Assembly (NCBI GenBank): GCA_049319825.1
Contig: JBMORT010000006.1
Location: 235,641 to 299,640, forward strand
Reading direction: 5' to 3'
Source of the DNA: Patescibacteria group bacterium
GTDB taxonomy: Bacteria > Patescibacteriota > Patescibacteriia > UBA11705 > DATKZF01
DNA length: 64,000 nucleotides
Shown: in pieces, positions 38,868 to 48,783 of the stretch
Numbering within the stretch: the first letter of the stretch is position 1
How the letters are laid out: the number at the start of each line of letters is the position of its first letter
Translations under genes and position numbers: made by a program
Notes under the pieces: generated by a model
Database searches by the model: none
What the model was told of the DNA's origin: nothing
Seen by the model: only the letters and a program-made list of their open reading frames with translations

Positions 38868-39449
38868 ATGCAAAAATTCATTGAACGACAAGCCGGCGGC
38901 ACTTACTTTTATTCCAGCACCGTGGCCGGCAAAAAAAACTTATTCGTCAGCCAAGTTTATCTTGATTTGATGATTAAAAATATCAAGGAGGTGGCCAAAG
39001 AGATGAACGTTAAAAACCTGGGGTATTTGATAATGCCAAATCATTTTTACTGGCTGTTTAAGCTGCCCAAAGAACAAGATAATCCCGTGAAAGTTTACGG
39101 TGAACTGAAAAAAAGAGTATCTTTTCAGATTCTGGACCAACTTCGCGCCGAAGCCAAGGTCGATGAAAAACAGCCGATGGTCAAGCTGTTCGATACGAAC
39201 GAGCGCGTTAGCCGCTCTCACGCTAGAAGAATCATTTGGTTTTTTAAGGAAGAGGCGAAAAAGCTTGAAAACGGAAAAAAAATGAAAATGTGGGAAACTG
39301 ATTCAAAATTGAATTTGGTCAAAGACGAGGAGTCTTTGGGTAGAGCGATTGAGGTATTGAAAAGCGGGCCGATCAAAGATCGATGGCAATTGGTGGAAAA
39401 ATCGGAAGATTATCCTTATTTGTTTTTATCGCCAAAGCCGTGTGTTTGA
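38868..39449 (+). CDS. IS200/RAYT (Y1 HUH transposase)-fold protein lacking catalytic residues
   Basis: GGTYF, GYLIMPNHFYWL (HUH becomes H-F-Y), KMWE, AIEVLKSGP (replaces YIHxNP), LVEKSEDYPY. Confidence 0.75.
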   Translation: MQKFIERQAGGTYFYSSTVAGKKNLFVSQVYLDLMIKNIKEVAKEMNVKNLGYLIMPNHFYWLFKLPKEQDNPVKVYGELKKRVSFQILDQLRAEAKVDEKQPMVKLFDTNERVSRSHARRIIWFFKEEAKKLENGKKMKMWETDSKLNLVKDEESLGRAIEVLKSGPIKDRWQLVEKSEDYPYLFLSPKPCV

Positions 39450-39529
39450 GCGCTGACGGGCAAAACCTACTGGCCGGCCCTACCTGGCCAATAAGATTGC
39501 TCGTCGTTCGCAGGCAATTTTAATAAAAG

Positions 39530-39569
39530 CTCGGCGGGCCGGCCTTTGGGAGACGGACGGCCCGTCGAG
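39530..39569. repeat. GC-rich hairpin downstream of the RAYT-like gene
   Basis: CTCGGCGGGCCG...CGGCCCGTCGAG, 12-bp stem with one G-T pair and no T-tail. Confidence 0.7.
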
Positions 39570-39623
39570 ACAAAGTATTATAAAGAATATACATTTTTAA
39601 TCACTGATTCGTAAAAAATCGCA

Positions 39624-42341
39624 ATGAGTGATGAAAAAATGAAAAATAGGATTTGGCAATTAGGTCAATTCGAAATTAAATTTAAATATATGACATATGA
39701 TTTGAGAAAAGAACTACTCGTGCTGGCTTTAATCGGTTGCCTGCTGCTGATAAGTTCATTTTTTTTCATTCACCAGGCGCAGGCCGCAGATTTTTCCGTA
39801 GTTATCAGTGAGCTGGCCTGGGCCGGGTCGAGCTATTCGGCCAATGACGAATTCATTGAATTAAAAAATTTAACTGACCGGGAAATTGATTTAAGCGGCT
39901 GGAAATTAACCAAGCTTTCCGGCGGACAAGAGCAGGTAATGATCGAATTTCCGCCGGCAGCGATTATCGAATCAGAAAATTTTTTTGTGATATCTAATTT
40001 TGGCAGCGAAGATTCGGTTTTAAATATTGAACCGGACCTGGCAGATAGCGCGGTCAGTTTAAGCAATTCAAATCTGGAAATTAAATTATATGATTCAGCC
40101 GGCATATTAATCGATGTCGCCGGAGACGGCAGCGCGCCGTTTTACGGTGATAACGAATTTAAAGCTTCTATGGTCAGGAATTTTACTATTGGATCAGGTG
40201 AGATTGAATCATCCTGGTCAGGAAGCTTGATCTCGGAAAATTTGGATGCTGACGCCCCTGACTTCGCATCTCCGGCCGCGGAAAATTTTTTAGGAATTGA
40301 TATTATCCCGGCCGCTGACGATTTGACTGCTATCGAAGAGGAGAGCGTCGCTTCTGATGATGAAGTAATTATTGAAAATTTCGCCAGCGATGATGAGACG
40401 ATCAGTGAAGATATGGCCACACAAGACGCGTTGCCGGACATAATTGAAGACGCTGCCTCAGATGATCAGTCAGTGATTATCGAAGATGATACCGGCCAAG
40501 CGCCGCCAATAGCGGGCAAGCTGCTGATCAATGAAATCGCTTTTAAAGAAGATCAAGACTGGGTGGAACTGGCAGTGGCTGAGCAGGGAAATTTTAAGGG
40601 CTGGAAAATATTTCAAGGCGAAAGCTTGATTTCAGAGATAAATCAGGACTCAGTTTATCCACAGGGTAGTTTTATTTTAATAAATTTAGATAAAAATTTG
40701 ACCGGAACTGACAATGTCATAGTCGTGCGAAATGAAAATTATGAAATCGAAGATACGGCGCTTTGGAGCAATCATGATGGCAAATTTACCAAATCAAAGG
40801 CTTTCGCAGTGTACTTGGTCGAAACCGAACAATGGCTGACAAAAAATGATTTTGAAAAAAATGACGAAGTTTCCTGGATCAGCAGCGATGAGCTGAAAGC
40901 GGGCATGAGCTTGGCGCGAGTTTCGGATATTGATACCAATTCCGGCAATGACTGGATTATTACCGCCAAGCAAACGCCCGGACAGGAAAACGAGATTTGT
41001 TTTGCGTCATCGACTGATCCAGTCTCAGATGATCTGAATTCAGCTTCTGATGCATCGAGTGAGGATCTTGATGAAGCAGTATTGCCAATCGATGAGCCAG
41101 TGCCGGTCGATGTGGTCGGAAAGATAGTCATTAATGAAGTTTTAAGCCAGCCTGAAAGCGGGCAGCCGGAATGGGTCGAGATTTACAATTTGTCTGCCGC
41201 GGAGATTGAGGTGACTGATTTTTATCTGCAAGAGGGAAGCGGAACCAAATTTAAACTTAAGGGCAAATTGCCCGCGAAAAAATATATGGTGGTCAACGTT
41301 AAAAATTTAAATAATGCCGGCGACCTGTTGCAGCTGCATACCGGCGATGGTCAATTGCTCGATCAGATGGTTTATGGTTCTTTGGATAACACTCAAATTG
41401 ACTTTGATTTTCAAAAGATCGTATTGCCATATGCGTTAATACGCGACCGCAGCGGATTTTGGAAGCTGACGACATTGCCGACTCCGGGCAGTGAAAATAT
41501 TTTTCAAGAAATGATTGAAGAAAAAGAATCCCAAGTTAGCGGCGTGAAAGCGGTGTCGGTTCAAGCGACATCTTCGTCGAAGAAGACTGCTCAGACGGTG
41601 GCGCAGCCTATCGTTTTAACCCGAGGCAATGTTGATTCGCTTGAAGATGATGACTTGGTTTATTTCGCAGGCACAGTGACGGTCACTCCGGGATTGTTTC
41701 TGAAGCAAAGAATGTACGCTCAAAATGAAGATATCGGCGTGGAAATATATTTTAACAGAGCGGATTGGCCGAATTTGAAAATCGGCCAGCAAATCCGAGT
41801 CAGCGGCAAATTCGCGGCCAAGGATTTGCCTCAAATAAAAATTTATTCAACCGACGATATTCAGGTTTTGGGGAGTGGCGAAGCTGAGCTAAAGGAATTT
41901 AAGCTGGCCGACCAGGAAAATTTAATCGGATTTTTAACCGCCGGCGACGGAGAAGTATCTGAAAAATTGGCCGGAGGATTTAATCTGGTGACCGCCGAAG
42001 GCGATGTGCCGGTTTGCTTTAGGCAAAACGCCAAGCTGGATACCGGTCAGATTGAAAACGGCCAGCGCATATTTGTCAGCGGAATTTTATTGCCATATAA
42101 AGACAGCGTCTGTTTATATCCCAGAATCGATGAGGATATGTCGATTTTGCCGTCCGCGGCAGAGCTGGCCGCTCCGATCAGCGAATCCGTGCCGCTAGGC
42201 GGAAATTTGCCCGCGAAGTCCATTTTGACAGTCGCCGCCGGGGTTTTAGCCGGTGGTTTGGGGGTGATTACATTAATAAAAAAATTAAAATCTTTAAAAA
42301 AGATTTCCCCCCTATGGCCGGGCGTCGGCAACACCAAATGA
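39624..42341 (+). CDS. Surface protein with three lamin-tail-like domains, OB-fold-like region and C-terminal membrane anchor
   Basis: VVISEL/LLINEI/IVINEV followed by EFIEL/DWVEL/EWVEI, TPGxEN ends; GTVTVTPG and LYPR..ED; C-terminal TM plus basic tail. Confidence 0.8.
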   Translation: MSDEKMKNRIWQLGQFEIKFKYMTYDLRKELLVLALIGCLLLISSFFFIHQAQAADFSVVISELAWAGSSYSANDEFIELKNLTDREIDLSGWKLTKLSGGQEQVMIEFPPAAIIESENFFVISNFGSEDSVLNIEPDLADSAVSLSNSNLEIKLYDSAGILIDVAGDGSAPFYGDNEFKASMVRNFTIGSGEIESSWSGSLISENLDADAPDFASPAAENFLGIDIIPAADDLTAIEEESVASDDEVIIENFASDDETISEDMATQDALPDIIEDAASDDQSVIIEDDTGQAPPIAGKLLINEIAFKEDQDWVELAVAEQGNFKGWKIFQGESLISEINQDSVYPQGSFILINLDKNLTGTDNVIVVRNENYEIEDTALWSNHDGKFTKSKAFAVYLVETEQWLTKNDFEKNDEVSWISSDELKAGMSLARVSDIDTNSGNDWIITAKQTPGQENEICFASSTDPVSDDLNSASDASSEDLDEAVLPIDEPVPVDVVGKIVINEVLSQPESGQPEWVEIYNLSAAEIEVTDFYLQEGSGTKFKLKGKLPAKKYMVVNVKNLNNAGDLLQLHTGDGQLLDQMVYGSLDNTQIDFDFQKIVLPYALIRDRSGFWKLTTLPTPGSENIFQEMIEEKESQVSGVKAVSVQATSSSKKTAQTVAQPIVLTRGNVDSLEDDDLVYFAGTVTVTPGLFLKQRMYAQNEDIGVEIYFNRADWPNLKIGQQIRVSGKFAAKDLPQIKIYSTDDIQVLGSGEAELKEFKLADQENLIGFLTAGDGEVSEKLAGGFNLVTAEGDVPVCFRQNAKLDTGQIENGQRIFVSGILLPYKDSVCLYPRIDEDMSILPSAAELAAPISESVPLGGNLPAKSILTVAAGVLAGGLGVITLIKKLKSLKKISPLWPGVGNTK

Positions 42342-42571
42342 TCGGTCATCAATGGGCATTAATTTTTTGCAGATATTATAATGTCGTGCTGTTGATAACT
42401 CGCAAAGATCGCTTCGGCAGAGGCGATTTTTGTGTTATAATTAGAATAACTAGGATTGCGCCTAGAATTTATTAAGATTTAAAAAATCTGAAAATTTTTC
42501 TGAATAAAATTGTTCAAAAAGCCAAGGCGCTATTATTTTCGGTTAAACAAAATAAAGCGCGGTCGTTCACC

Positions 42572-44977
42572 GTGGCCACCATTGTTTTTTTGATTCTGGG
42601 CATTGGCTTGGCTTTTAACTCGGCCTTGGCCCAATCTGTGATCGGCGACACATTGGCTCAGGCTTTTGCCTGGATTTTTTACGGTATCGCTTATTTACTC
42701 GGCTGGATCACGATGTTGATTTTTTCCATGGTGATTACCATGAGCGGATTTCAGGATTTCATCAATAATCCCGGCGTCATTACCGGCTGGACCATTGTGC
42801 GCGACATTTGCAACATGTTTTTTGTGGTCATTCTTTTAATCATCGCTTTCGCCACGATTTTGCAAAGTGAAAAATATTCGATCAAGTCGCTTTTGCCCAG
42901 AGTTATTTTTGCCGCCGTGGTTATAAATTTCAGTAAATTGATTTGCGGTTTGATAATAGATTTCGGACAGATTGTCATGTTGACATTCGTTAACGGATTC
43001 AAGGCATCGGCCGGAGCCAATTTAATCAATGGCTTGCGGATGCAAAGCTGGATGTCGCTGGACACGGCCAACGCCAAGGATGTCAATGAAGTTGATTTTT
43101 GGGACATCACGTTGGCTTTATTTTTAGCATGCATTTTATTTTTCTTTACGTTGATCGTGACGATCATCATGCTGGCCATCATCACCATTCGAATTATAAT
43201 TTTATGGATATTGATAGTCCTGTCGCCGTTTGCTTTTGTCGGCACACTGCTGCCGTTTACGCAGTCGCTGGCCCGGCAATGGTGGTCAAAGTTCGGTACC
43301 TGGGTGGCGATCGGTCCGATTTTAGCTTTTTTCTTATGGTTGTCGCTGCTGATGATGCAAACCGGCATCAGCACGGATTTGGACGCGATCACCACCGAAG
43401 CTAACGTAAAATCCCAGATTACAGGCAAAAAACTTCAGGGCGGCAATTTATCGCAAGGATCGTCGATGCCCAATATGGCGCAGTTTGCGGTTGGCGTGGC
43501 CCTGCTTTACGGCGCCGTGACGCTGACGCGTCAAATGGGCGGCGCGGTCGGCGGCGCCATCGGCGGCAAAGTCTTCGGCGCGGCCACTGGTGCGGCGTTT
43601 GCCCTCACCGGCGCCAGAGCGGTGACCGAGCGGGCCAAAGCTGTCAGTGGCGTTTTGCAGCGCCGACGTGCGGAGAGAGTCTCTCGTTTTGGAGAGCGAG
43701 CCGGAGCGGCGATAACCAGAGTGACCGAACCGGTCAGAGCGGCGGCGTTGGGTGCGGCAGTCACACCGTTCAGAGTGTTGGGAGCGCCTCTTCGAGCGCC
43801 TAGGATTTTGGGTGCGATGCGTGAGCGCTACAGGCAAATCCGCGAAGGCGGCGGCGGCAAAGCGCTGGCCGCGCTGAGCGCAGGTATAAAATTACCGAGT
43901 GAGATATTAGATACCAGAAAATTCGCTTCTTCGATTCGAGCGGCCAGAAACAAATCTCGCGGTGCGGCTTATGAATTAAGTCGCAATGAAGTGACTAAAA
44001 ATTTGGCAGATTTTAAAAATGCCAGATTTGATCCGGAGCAATCTGTCCGCTTGATGTCCGAAGCCGGCACGACGGAGGAACAAGTCGCTCATGCTATTTA
44101 CGCGCTCAAAAAAGGCAAAATAACGGAAGAAAATAATAAACCGTTGATGCGATTATTGTCCAAGGTCGAAAATACTCCGCTCGGAGACGTTTTGGCCGAT
44201 GAGACCAATAAAAAATTCGCCCATGCGCGATTTCAGTTGGATAATTTTGATCAACGTCAAAAGTTAATGGAAGTGCACGATGACGGCGATACTGATTTGA
44301 CCAATCTCGATCCCAGCGCTTACAAAGACGCCCGGGTGGTCGAGACAATCATGGAAAAATTCGGCTCGAACGCGGATCAAATGTTTAAAAAAGTTTTTGA
44401 GCGGGGAGGAAAATACGCGGAGAGTTTAGTTGAGGGGCTTAATGCGGTGAACACGCCAGAATTTCAGCAAAGCGTTCGTGATCGGTCCAAAGAATTAACC
44501 GATAAAGGCCCGGCCGAATGGACCGCCTCCGAGGAAAAGGAAGCGGAATTATTGGAAAATGTCATAAAATTCAAGCCGCAGGAGACTGTCGCGAAATTGA
44601 CGACCAAGCCGTTTACCGTCTTCACAAAAGAAACCGATCCGGATATGAAATCTCTTGGGGAATTCGTTAAAAAGCAAAAAGTGGAAGATATTGAAAAATA
44701 TAAAGTTGAAAAAGATTCTGTGGGCAGACAGCGGCTGGCCGGTGCGACCGATGATCAGCGAGCGGCAGTGGCCATGAATGTCGGTTTTGAAAAGCTGGCC
44801 GCGATAATGAAGCGCGGTCAGGGAGACGTGGTTAAAGCCGTCATTAATAAGAAAATAGAATTGGCGTCCGCCGGAAACGTGACGCAAAAGAAAGATTTGC
44901 AAATAGCCATTCAAAATCAAACGTTTATGGATAGCCTTGAACCTGAAATGCAAAAGGAAATTAAAGGAGCCGTTTAA
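42572..44977 (+). CDS. TrbL/VirB6-like T4SS membrane protein with a long C-terminal extension
   Basis: GWTIVRDICNMFFVVILLIIAF, INFS..ICG..ID, RIIILWILIVLSPFAF...WW; start uncertain (frame open back to 42476). Confidence 0.75.
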   Translation: MATIVFLILGIGLAFNSALAQSVIGDTLAQAFAWIFYGIAYLLGWITMLIFSMVITMSGFQDFINNPGVITGWTIVRDICNMFFVVILLIIAFATILQSEKYSIKSLLPRVIFAAVVINFSKLICGLIIDFGQIVMLTFVNGFKASAGANLINGLRMQSWMSLDTANAKDVNEVDFWDITLALFLACILFFFTLIVTIIMLAIITIRIIILWILIVLSPFAFVGTLLPFTQSLARQWWSKFGTWVAIGPILAFFLWLSLLMMQTGISTDLDAITTEANVKSQITGKKLQGGNLSQGSSMPNMAQFAVGVALLYGAVTLTRQMGGAVGGAIGGKVFGAATGAAFALTGARAVTERAKAVSGVLQRRRAERVSRFGERAGAAITRVTEPVRAAALGAAVTPFRVLGAPLRAPRILGAMRERYRQIREGGGGKALAALSAGIKLPSEILDTRKFASSIRAARNKSRGAAYELSRNEVTKNLADFKNARFDPEQSVRLMSEAGTTEEQVAHAIYALKKGKITEENNKPLMRLLSKVENTPLGDVLADETNKKFAHARFQLDNFDQRQKLMEVHDDGDTDLTNLDPSAYKDARVVETIMEKFGSNADQMFKKVFERGGKYAESLVEGLNAVNTPEFQQSVRDRSKELTDKGPAEWTASEEKEAELLENVIKFKPQETVAKLTTKPFTVFTKETDPDMKSLGEFVKKQKVEDIEKYKVEKDSVGRQRLAGATDDQRAAVAMNVGFEKLAAIMKRGQGDVVKAVINKKIELASAGNVTQKKDLQIAIQNQTFMDSLEPEMQKEIKGAV

Positions 44978-44980
44978 TGT

Positions 44981-46453
44981 ATGACCAGCAAAATCACAAA
45001 TAAAATGGCTGATAAAGTGTTTGCTTCCAGCTTTGGCGCATGGATAAATTTTGATGTCGCCTCGCAGTATAAAATAAGCTCGAAAAAGTTGGTCGACTTT
45101 GCCGATATTATCAATTCAATAATGTTAAAGAAGATCAAGCTGGAGAATTTGGATAAAGAATTGACCAAGCGATTACGATTGCCGGCGCAGAAATCAAAAC
45201 TCATCGCCAAAGAAATAACCGGCAGAAAATTTTTATTGATCGATGATTATTTCGGCGGTGCGGCCAGCAAGTATTTAACGGTATTGGGCGCGCGGCCGGA
45301 AAATTATAAAGATCAAATCGAATTATTAAAATCCAAATTGCACGAAGAGGATGCGCTGGTAGCGGAAAAAGAAACGCCGTTTGAGGGGTTCATTACCCCG
45401 GCGGAGAAAAAAGAATCAGGGTCATTGCCGCCGATAGAGATAAAAGATCAGGAGAAAGACGCTCGGGAAATCGCTTCGATATTCGACGAGCAGGTGATGG
45501 GCATTATCAATGACGGTGATTTTCGGCTGAAAGGGGATTTAAACGCTTATATTGTCTTGCTGCTGCTCGAGAAAGAAGATTTTCGTCAGACTTTGCTTCA
45601 AAAAATGGTTAATAACCGTGAAAAAGTGACCGCCAAAGAGATAGTCATCGGCGGTCAGCCCAGCGAGCCGAACGTTAGTAATTGGCTGAAGGATTTTATT
45701 TCCATCGTTGGCGTGGATGGTTCGGTGTCTTCCATCAATAAAGCGAGATACATGTCGGAAAGCAAAAACGTTCGTTCGCTATCGGCGGATGAACAGCGAC
45801 GGCTGGATATGGTGCTTGATGTTTACACCAGTATCAGGAATTTTCCGCAAGACGCCACGCGGATGAATTTAGGAGATATTGCCATTTTTCCGTTTAGTGA
45901 CGAGGATATTAAGGCAATGAAAGCCGCCGCCGAGTCCGTGAAGACCAAGCCGGCCACTCCCCGGCAGTTGCCAAAAGACATATTCGAGCTCTACATGGGC
46001 AGCAAGGAAGAGCAGGCGAAAATCGAAGCGGCCAAAGAAGCTTTGGAGAATAAAATTTCAGGCAACGTCAAATTGCTCGCCGATGAGCTGGAAGATGGAT
46101 TTTTAAAGAAAGAAAAACAAAAAACGATCGCCGCGCTGATGTTGCTGGTTGAAAAAGGAGCGTTCATAAATTTACTTCGAGAAGACATCAGATACCGTGA
46201 TTATTTAACCAGTTATTTGAATCGCGTCGGTAAAGCGACACTGGTCAATTCATTCGTCGTCAATCCAACCCAGCCGCAGTTCGTTATTTATTTATTAAAA
46301 TACATTCTCGAGGAAAGATTGAGCCTGTCGGTTTCGGAAGCCGCCCGAATTGCCGCCCATTTCAATACGATTTATACCAAGCGCGGTCAGGAACAGTACG
46401 GCAGGCTGGCATATTTCGATATGAACGAGCAGACATTCGTGTGGGGACAGTAG
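44981..46453 (+). CDS. Hypothetical helical cytoplasmic protein in the T4SS-like operon
   Basis: 490-aa ORF tightly coupled to its neighbours. Confidence 0.8.
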   Translation: MTSKITNKMADKVFASSFGAWINFDVASQYKISSKKLVDFADIINSIMLKKIKLENLDKELTKRLRLPAQKSKLIAKEITGRKFLLIDDYFGGAASKYLTVLGARPENYKDQIELLKSKLHEEDALVAEKETPFEGFITPAEKKESGSLPPIEIKDQEKDAREIASIFDEQVMGIINDGDFRLKGDLNAYIVLLLLEKEDFRQTLLQKMVNNREKVTAKEIVIGGQPSEPNVSNWLKDFISIVGVDGSVSSINKARYMSESKNVRSLSADEQRRLDMVLDVYTSIRNFPQDATRMNLGDIAIFPFSDEDIKAMKAAAESVKTKPATPRQLPKDIFELYMGSKEEQAKIEAAKEALENKISGNVKLLADELEDGFLKKEKQKTIAALMLLVEKGAFINLLREDIRYRDYLTSYLNRVGKATLVNSFVVNPTQPQFVIYLLKYILEERLSLSVSEAARIAAHFNTIYTKRGQEQYGRLAYFDMNEQTFVWGQ

Positions 46454-46486
46454 AAATAAAAAAGCTTTTTTTTCTTGGATATATGT

Positions 46487-47458
46487 ATGCCCCAACAAAA
46501 TCAGCAAAAGAATACCAATGACCAGCCGCTGGCTTTTGAATTTGTTTTGGTGAAGGATGAGAGCGGGGAGTTCAAATATTATCATCACGGCCGTTTTTAT
46601 TCGTACGCTGAGGTGTCAAATTTACTCAGCCCCAAAGAATTGGAGAAATTGAATCAGCAGCGGCCAATTCAGCCAACGATTGAAAAAGAACCGGTGCCGG
46701 CGGAAATGCCGGTTGACAAGCGTCAGCTGGAGCAGCAAATGATCGAGGCGGTGGCTCGCCGGGCATACTCAGCCATTACCGAAAAAATCGGAAAACAGGA
46801 TGAAAACAAGATGATGAATATAATTATCTCATTTCTGCGCCTGGTTAGAAAAGAGGTGGAAATCAAATATATCTTAACCGCTTCGATGCGCTCCGGAGGT
46901 ATTGGACTCGATGATCAGCGCGCTGAGACGGTAATTCAAATTATAAAAAGTTTCCTGCCGGAAATATCCCGCAAACGACTAAAAATTTTACGCGGGGAGC
47001 CGCTGGAGATCGAATCGCGCCAGACTCCACCCATAGCCAAATCCGCCGAACCGGCGCCGCTGATCGGCCGGAAAAAATTAAGCGGCCTCGATGAAACGAA
47101 ACCAGTGATTTCCGATATCACACTCGGCCCCGGACTGACCGGTCCGGTTGAGGAGCTCGGCGGCATGGATTTAATTAATATCCGAAGACTCGGATCAAAC
47201 CGGGAAGAGATCGTCAGTGAAATAATGGAAAGAATAAATCTTTTGGCGGAACAGTCGCTGGAGCAGAAAATCAGGGGCATTAAGGCTTGGCAGCAATCGC
47301 CGGTTTATCGCATGTACGTTGATTTGGGATTTGAAAGCATCAGCAATAACATTCCAGTGGAAAAATTGATCGAACAAAAAATCGCCGAGGGAAAAAAAGT
47401 ATTAAACAGAGAAGAATTTCAGGCGATGGTGGAGATAAACGGCAGGATGCAGTTTTAA
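46487..47458 (+). CDS. Hypothetical protein in the T4SS-like operon
   Basis: GGIGLD, LTGPVEEL, AWQQSPVYRMY segments; ATG 46487 preferred. Confidence 0.8.
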   Translation: MPQQNQQKNTNDQPLAFEFVLVKDESGEFKYYHHGRFYSYAEVSNLLSPKELEKLNQQRPIQPTIEKEPVPAEMPVDKRQLEQQMIEAVARRAYSAITEKIGKQDENKMMNIIISFLRLVRKEVEIKYILTASMRSGGIGLDDQRAETVIQIIKSFLPEISRKRLKILRGEPLEIESRQTPPIAKSAEPAPLIGRKKLSGLDETKPVISDITLGPGLTGPVEELGGMDLINIRRLGSNREEIVSEIMERINLLAEQSLEQKIRGIKAWQQSPVYRMYVDLGFESISNNIPVEKLIEQKIAEGKKVLNREEFQAMVEINGRMQF

Positions 47459-47459
47459 G

Positions 47460-47608
47460 GCGAAAGTCGAGAGGCGAGAAGCGAGAGGCGAAAGACGAAA
47501 CACGAAATACGAAAATTGATAATTGTTGATTCTTATAACCCGGATTCCCCGAATAGTTTGCTACAGGCTACATGTTATATGCTATGTGCTACGTGCTCCA
47601 TGTATTAT
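47460..47608. repeat. Two degenerate 7-nt tandem arrays (nCGAra x8; gCTAyr x6)
   Basis: gcgaaag tcgagag gcgagaa gcgagag gcgaaag acgaaac acgaaat acgaaaa; gctacag gctacat gttatat gctatgt gctacgt gctccat. Confidence 0.8.
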
Positions 47609-47612
47609 CAAT

Positions 47613-48065
47613 ATGGCTGTCCAAAAATATATCGTTCCACAATTCATCGAAGTCGAAGACAAAATAATCGGTCCGATTACCGTTCGGCAGTTTATATTAC
47701 TTTTGGTCGGCGGCTTGATTATTTTTTTGCTGTGGCAATTCGGCGGTTTGTTGGCGCTGATCGCCGGTGGAATTTTGGATATCGCGGTTTTCGCCGGTTT
47801 GGCCTTTGTCAAAATCAACGGCCGGCCGATTCATTTTTTTCTGCTAAACTTTATCCAAACCATGAAGCGGCCTCGATTGCGTATTTGGAACAAAGAAGCG
47901 TATGTGAGCGCGGTTCATGAAAAAAAAGAGGTGGAAGAAAGACCCATGACCGCCAAAGCGCCCAAACCGGCCATTACCGGTTCGCGGTTGTCCGATTTGA
48001 GCTTGGTGGTCAATACCGGCGGTGTTTATCAGGGAGAAGAATTGTCTCTTGGTAATCAAAAATAA
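47613..48065 (+). CDS. PrgI family protein (VirB3-like)
   Basis: VPQFIEVEDKIIGPITVRQF, two TM segments, KINGRP. Confidence 0.88.
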   Translation: MAVQKYIVPQFIEVEDKIIGPITVRQFILLLVGGLIIFLLWQFGGLLALIAGGILDIAVFAGLAFVKINGRPIHFFLLNFIQTMKRPRLRIWNKEAYVSAVHEKKEVEERPMTAKAPKPAITGSRLSDLSLVVNTGGVYQGEELSLGNQK

Positions 48066-48068
48066 CAT

Positions 48069-48782
48069 ATGACCAATAAAAGACCGGAAATGCAAAGCGA
48101 AAAACTGAAAAAAAAGAGCGTCAGCCAGTCGACTCAGCTTTTTCTGGACATTTCCGAAATTCGAAACAACACCGTGATTCTAAAAGACGGCACGCTCCGA
48201 GCGGTTATTTTAGTTTCCAGCGTGAATTTTGCTCTCAAATCGGAGGAAGAGCAGCAAGCGATTGTCGCCGCCTATGTGGGTTTTTTAAATTATCTTGATC
48301 ATCCAATTCAAATCGTGATTCAATCCAGGAAATTGAATATCGAAGGATATATCGCGCGTCTGCATGAGCGAGAAAAAGAAGTCACCAACGAACTGTTAAA
48401 AAAACAGATAGACAATTACATACAATATGTTCAAGAACTGGTTGAGCTAGGCGATATTATGAGTAAAAGATTTTTTTTGGTTGTGCCGTACAGCCCGCTC
48501 GAAGAAAAAGCGCAGGCCAAACCGTCCGGATTCTTTTCCAAACTTTCGGCGCTGTTTACTCCCGGACAGGTGATTAAGCTGAAAAAGGAAAAATTTGAAA
48601 AATATTACCGTCAACTGATGCAGCGAGTCGATCATATTCAGGGTAATTTGAACAGCATGGGACTAAAATCTGCTCAGCTGGATACTCAAGGACTGATCGA
48701 GCTGTATTACAATGTTTATAATCCCGGCATGGCCGAGCAGCAGCAACTGAGTGATGTTGAAAAATTAAGGTTGGAGACATAA
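48069..48782 (+). CDS. TraC/VirB4 N-terminal-like T4SS protein
   Basis: STQ..LDI.EIR, VSSVNFALKSEEEQ, IQIVIQSRKLNI; lies between prgI and virB4. Confidence 0.75.
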   Translation: MTNKRPEMQSEKLKKKSVSQSTQLFLDISEIRNNTVILKDGTLRAVILVSSVNFALKSEEEQQAIVAAYVGFLNYLDHPIQIVIQSRKLNIEGYIARLHEREKEVTNELLKKQIDNYIQYVQELVELGDIMSKRFFLVVPYSPLEEKAQAKPSGFFSKLSALFTPGQVIKLKKEKFEKYYRQLMQRVDHIQGNLNSMGLKSAQLDTQGLIELYYNVYNPGMAEQQQLSDVEKLRLET

Positions 48783-48783
48783 T

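Noticed and set aside
38868-39449. Active IS200/IS605 insertion sequence
   Set aside because: The second His of HUH and the catalytic Tyr are missing, and there is no tnpB or matched pair of subterminal hairpins.
20008-42398. Replication origin suggested by DnaA boxes
   Set aside because: The boxes are single and kilobases apart, not clustered, and dnaA/dnaN are not in the window.
42751-43428. 225-aa antisense ORF (likewise 37727-38344, 15778-16263 and the many other short opposite-strand ORFs)
   Set aside because: They lie inside well-supported plus-strand genes and have no motifs; shadow ORFs.
47460-47608. CRISPR array
   Set aside because: Degenerate 7-nt units without unique spacers; no cas genes.
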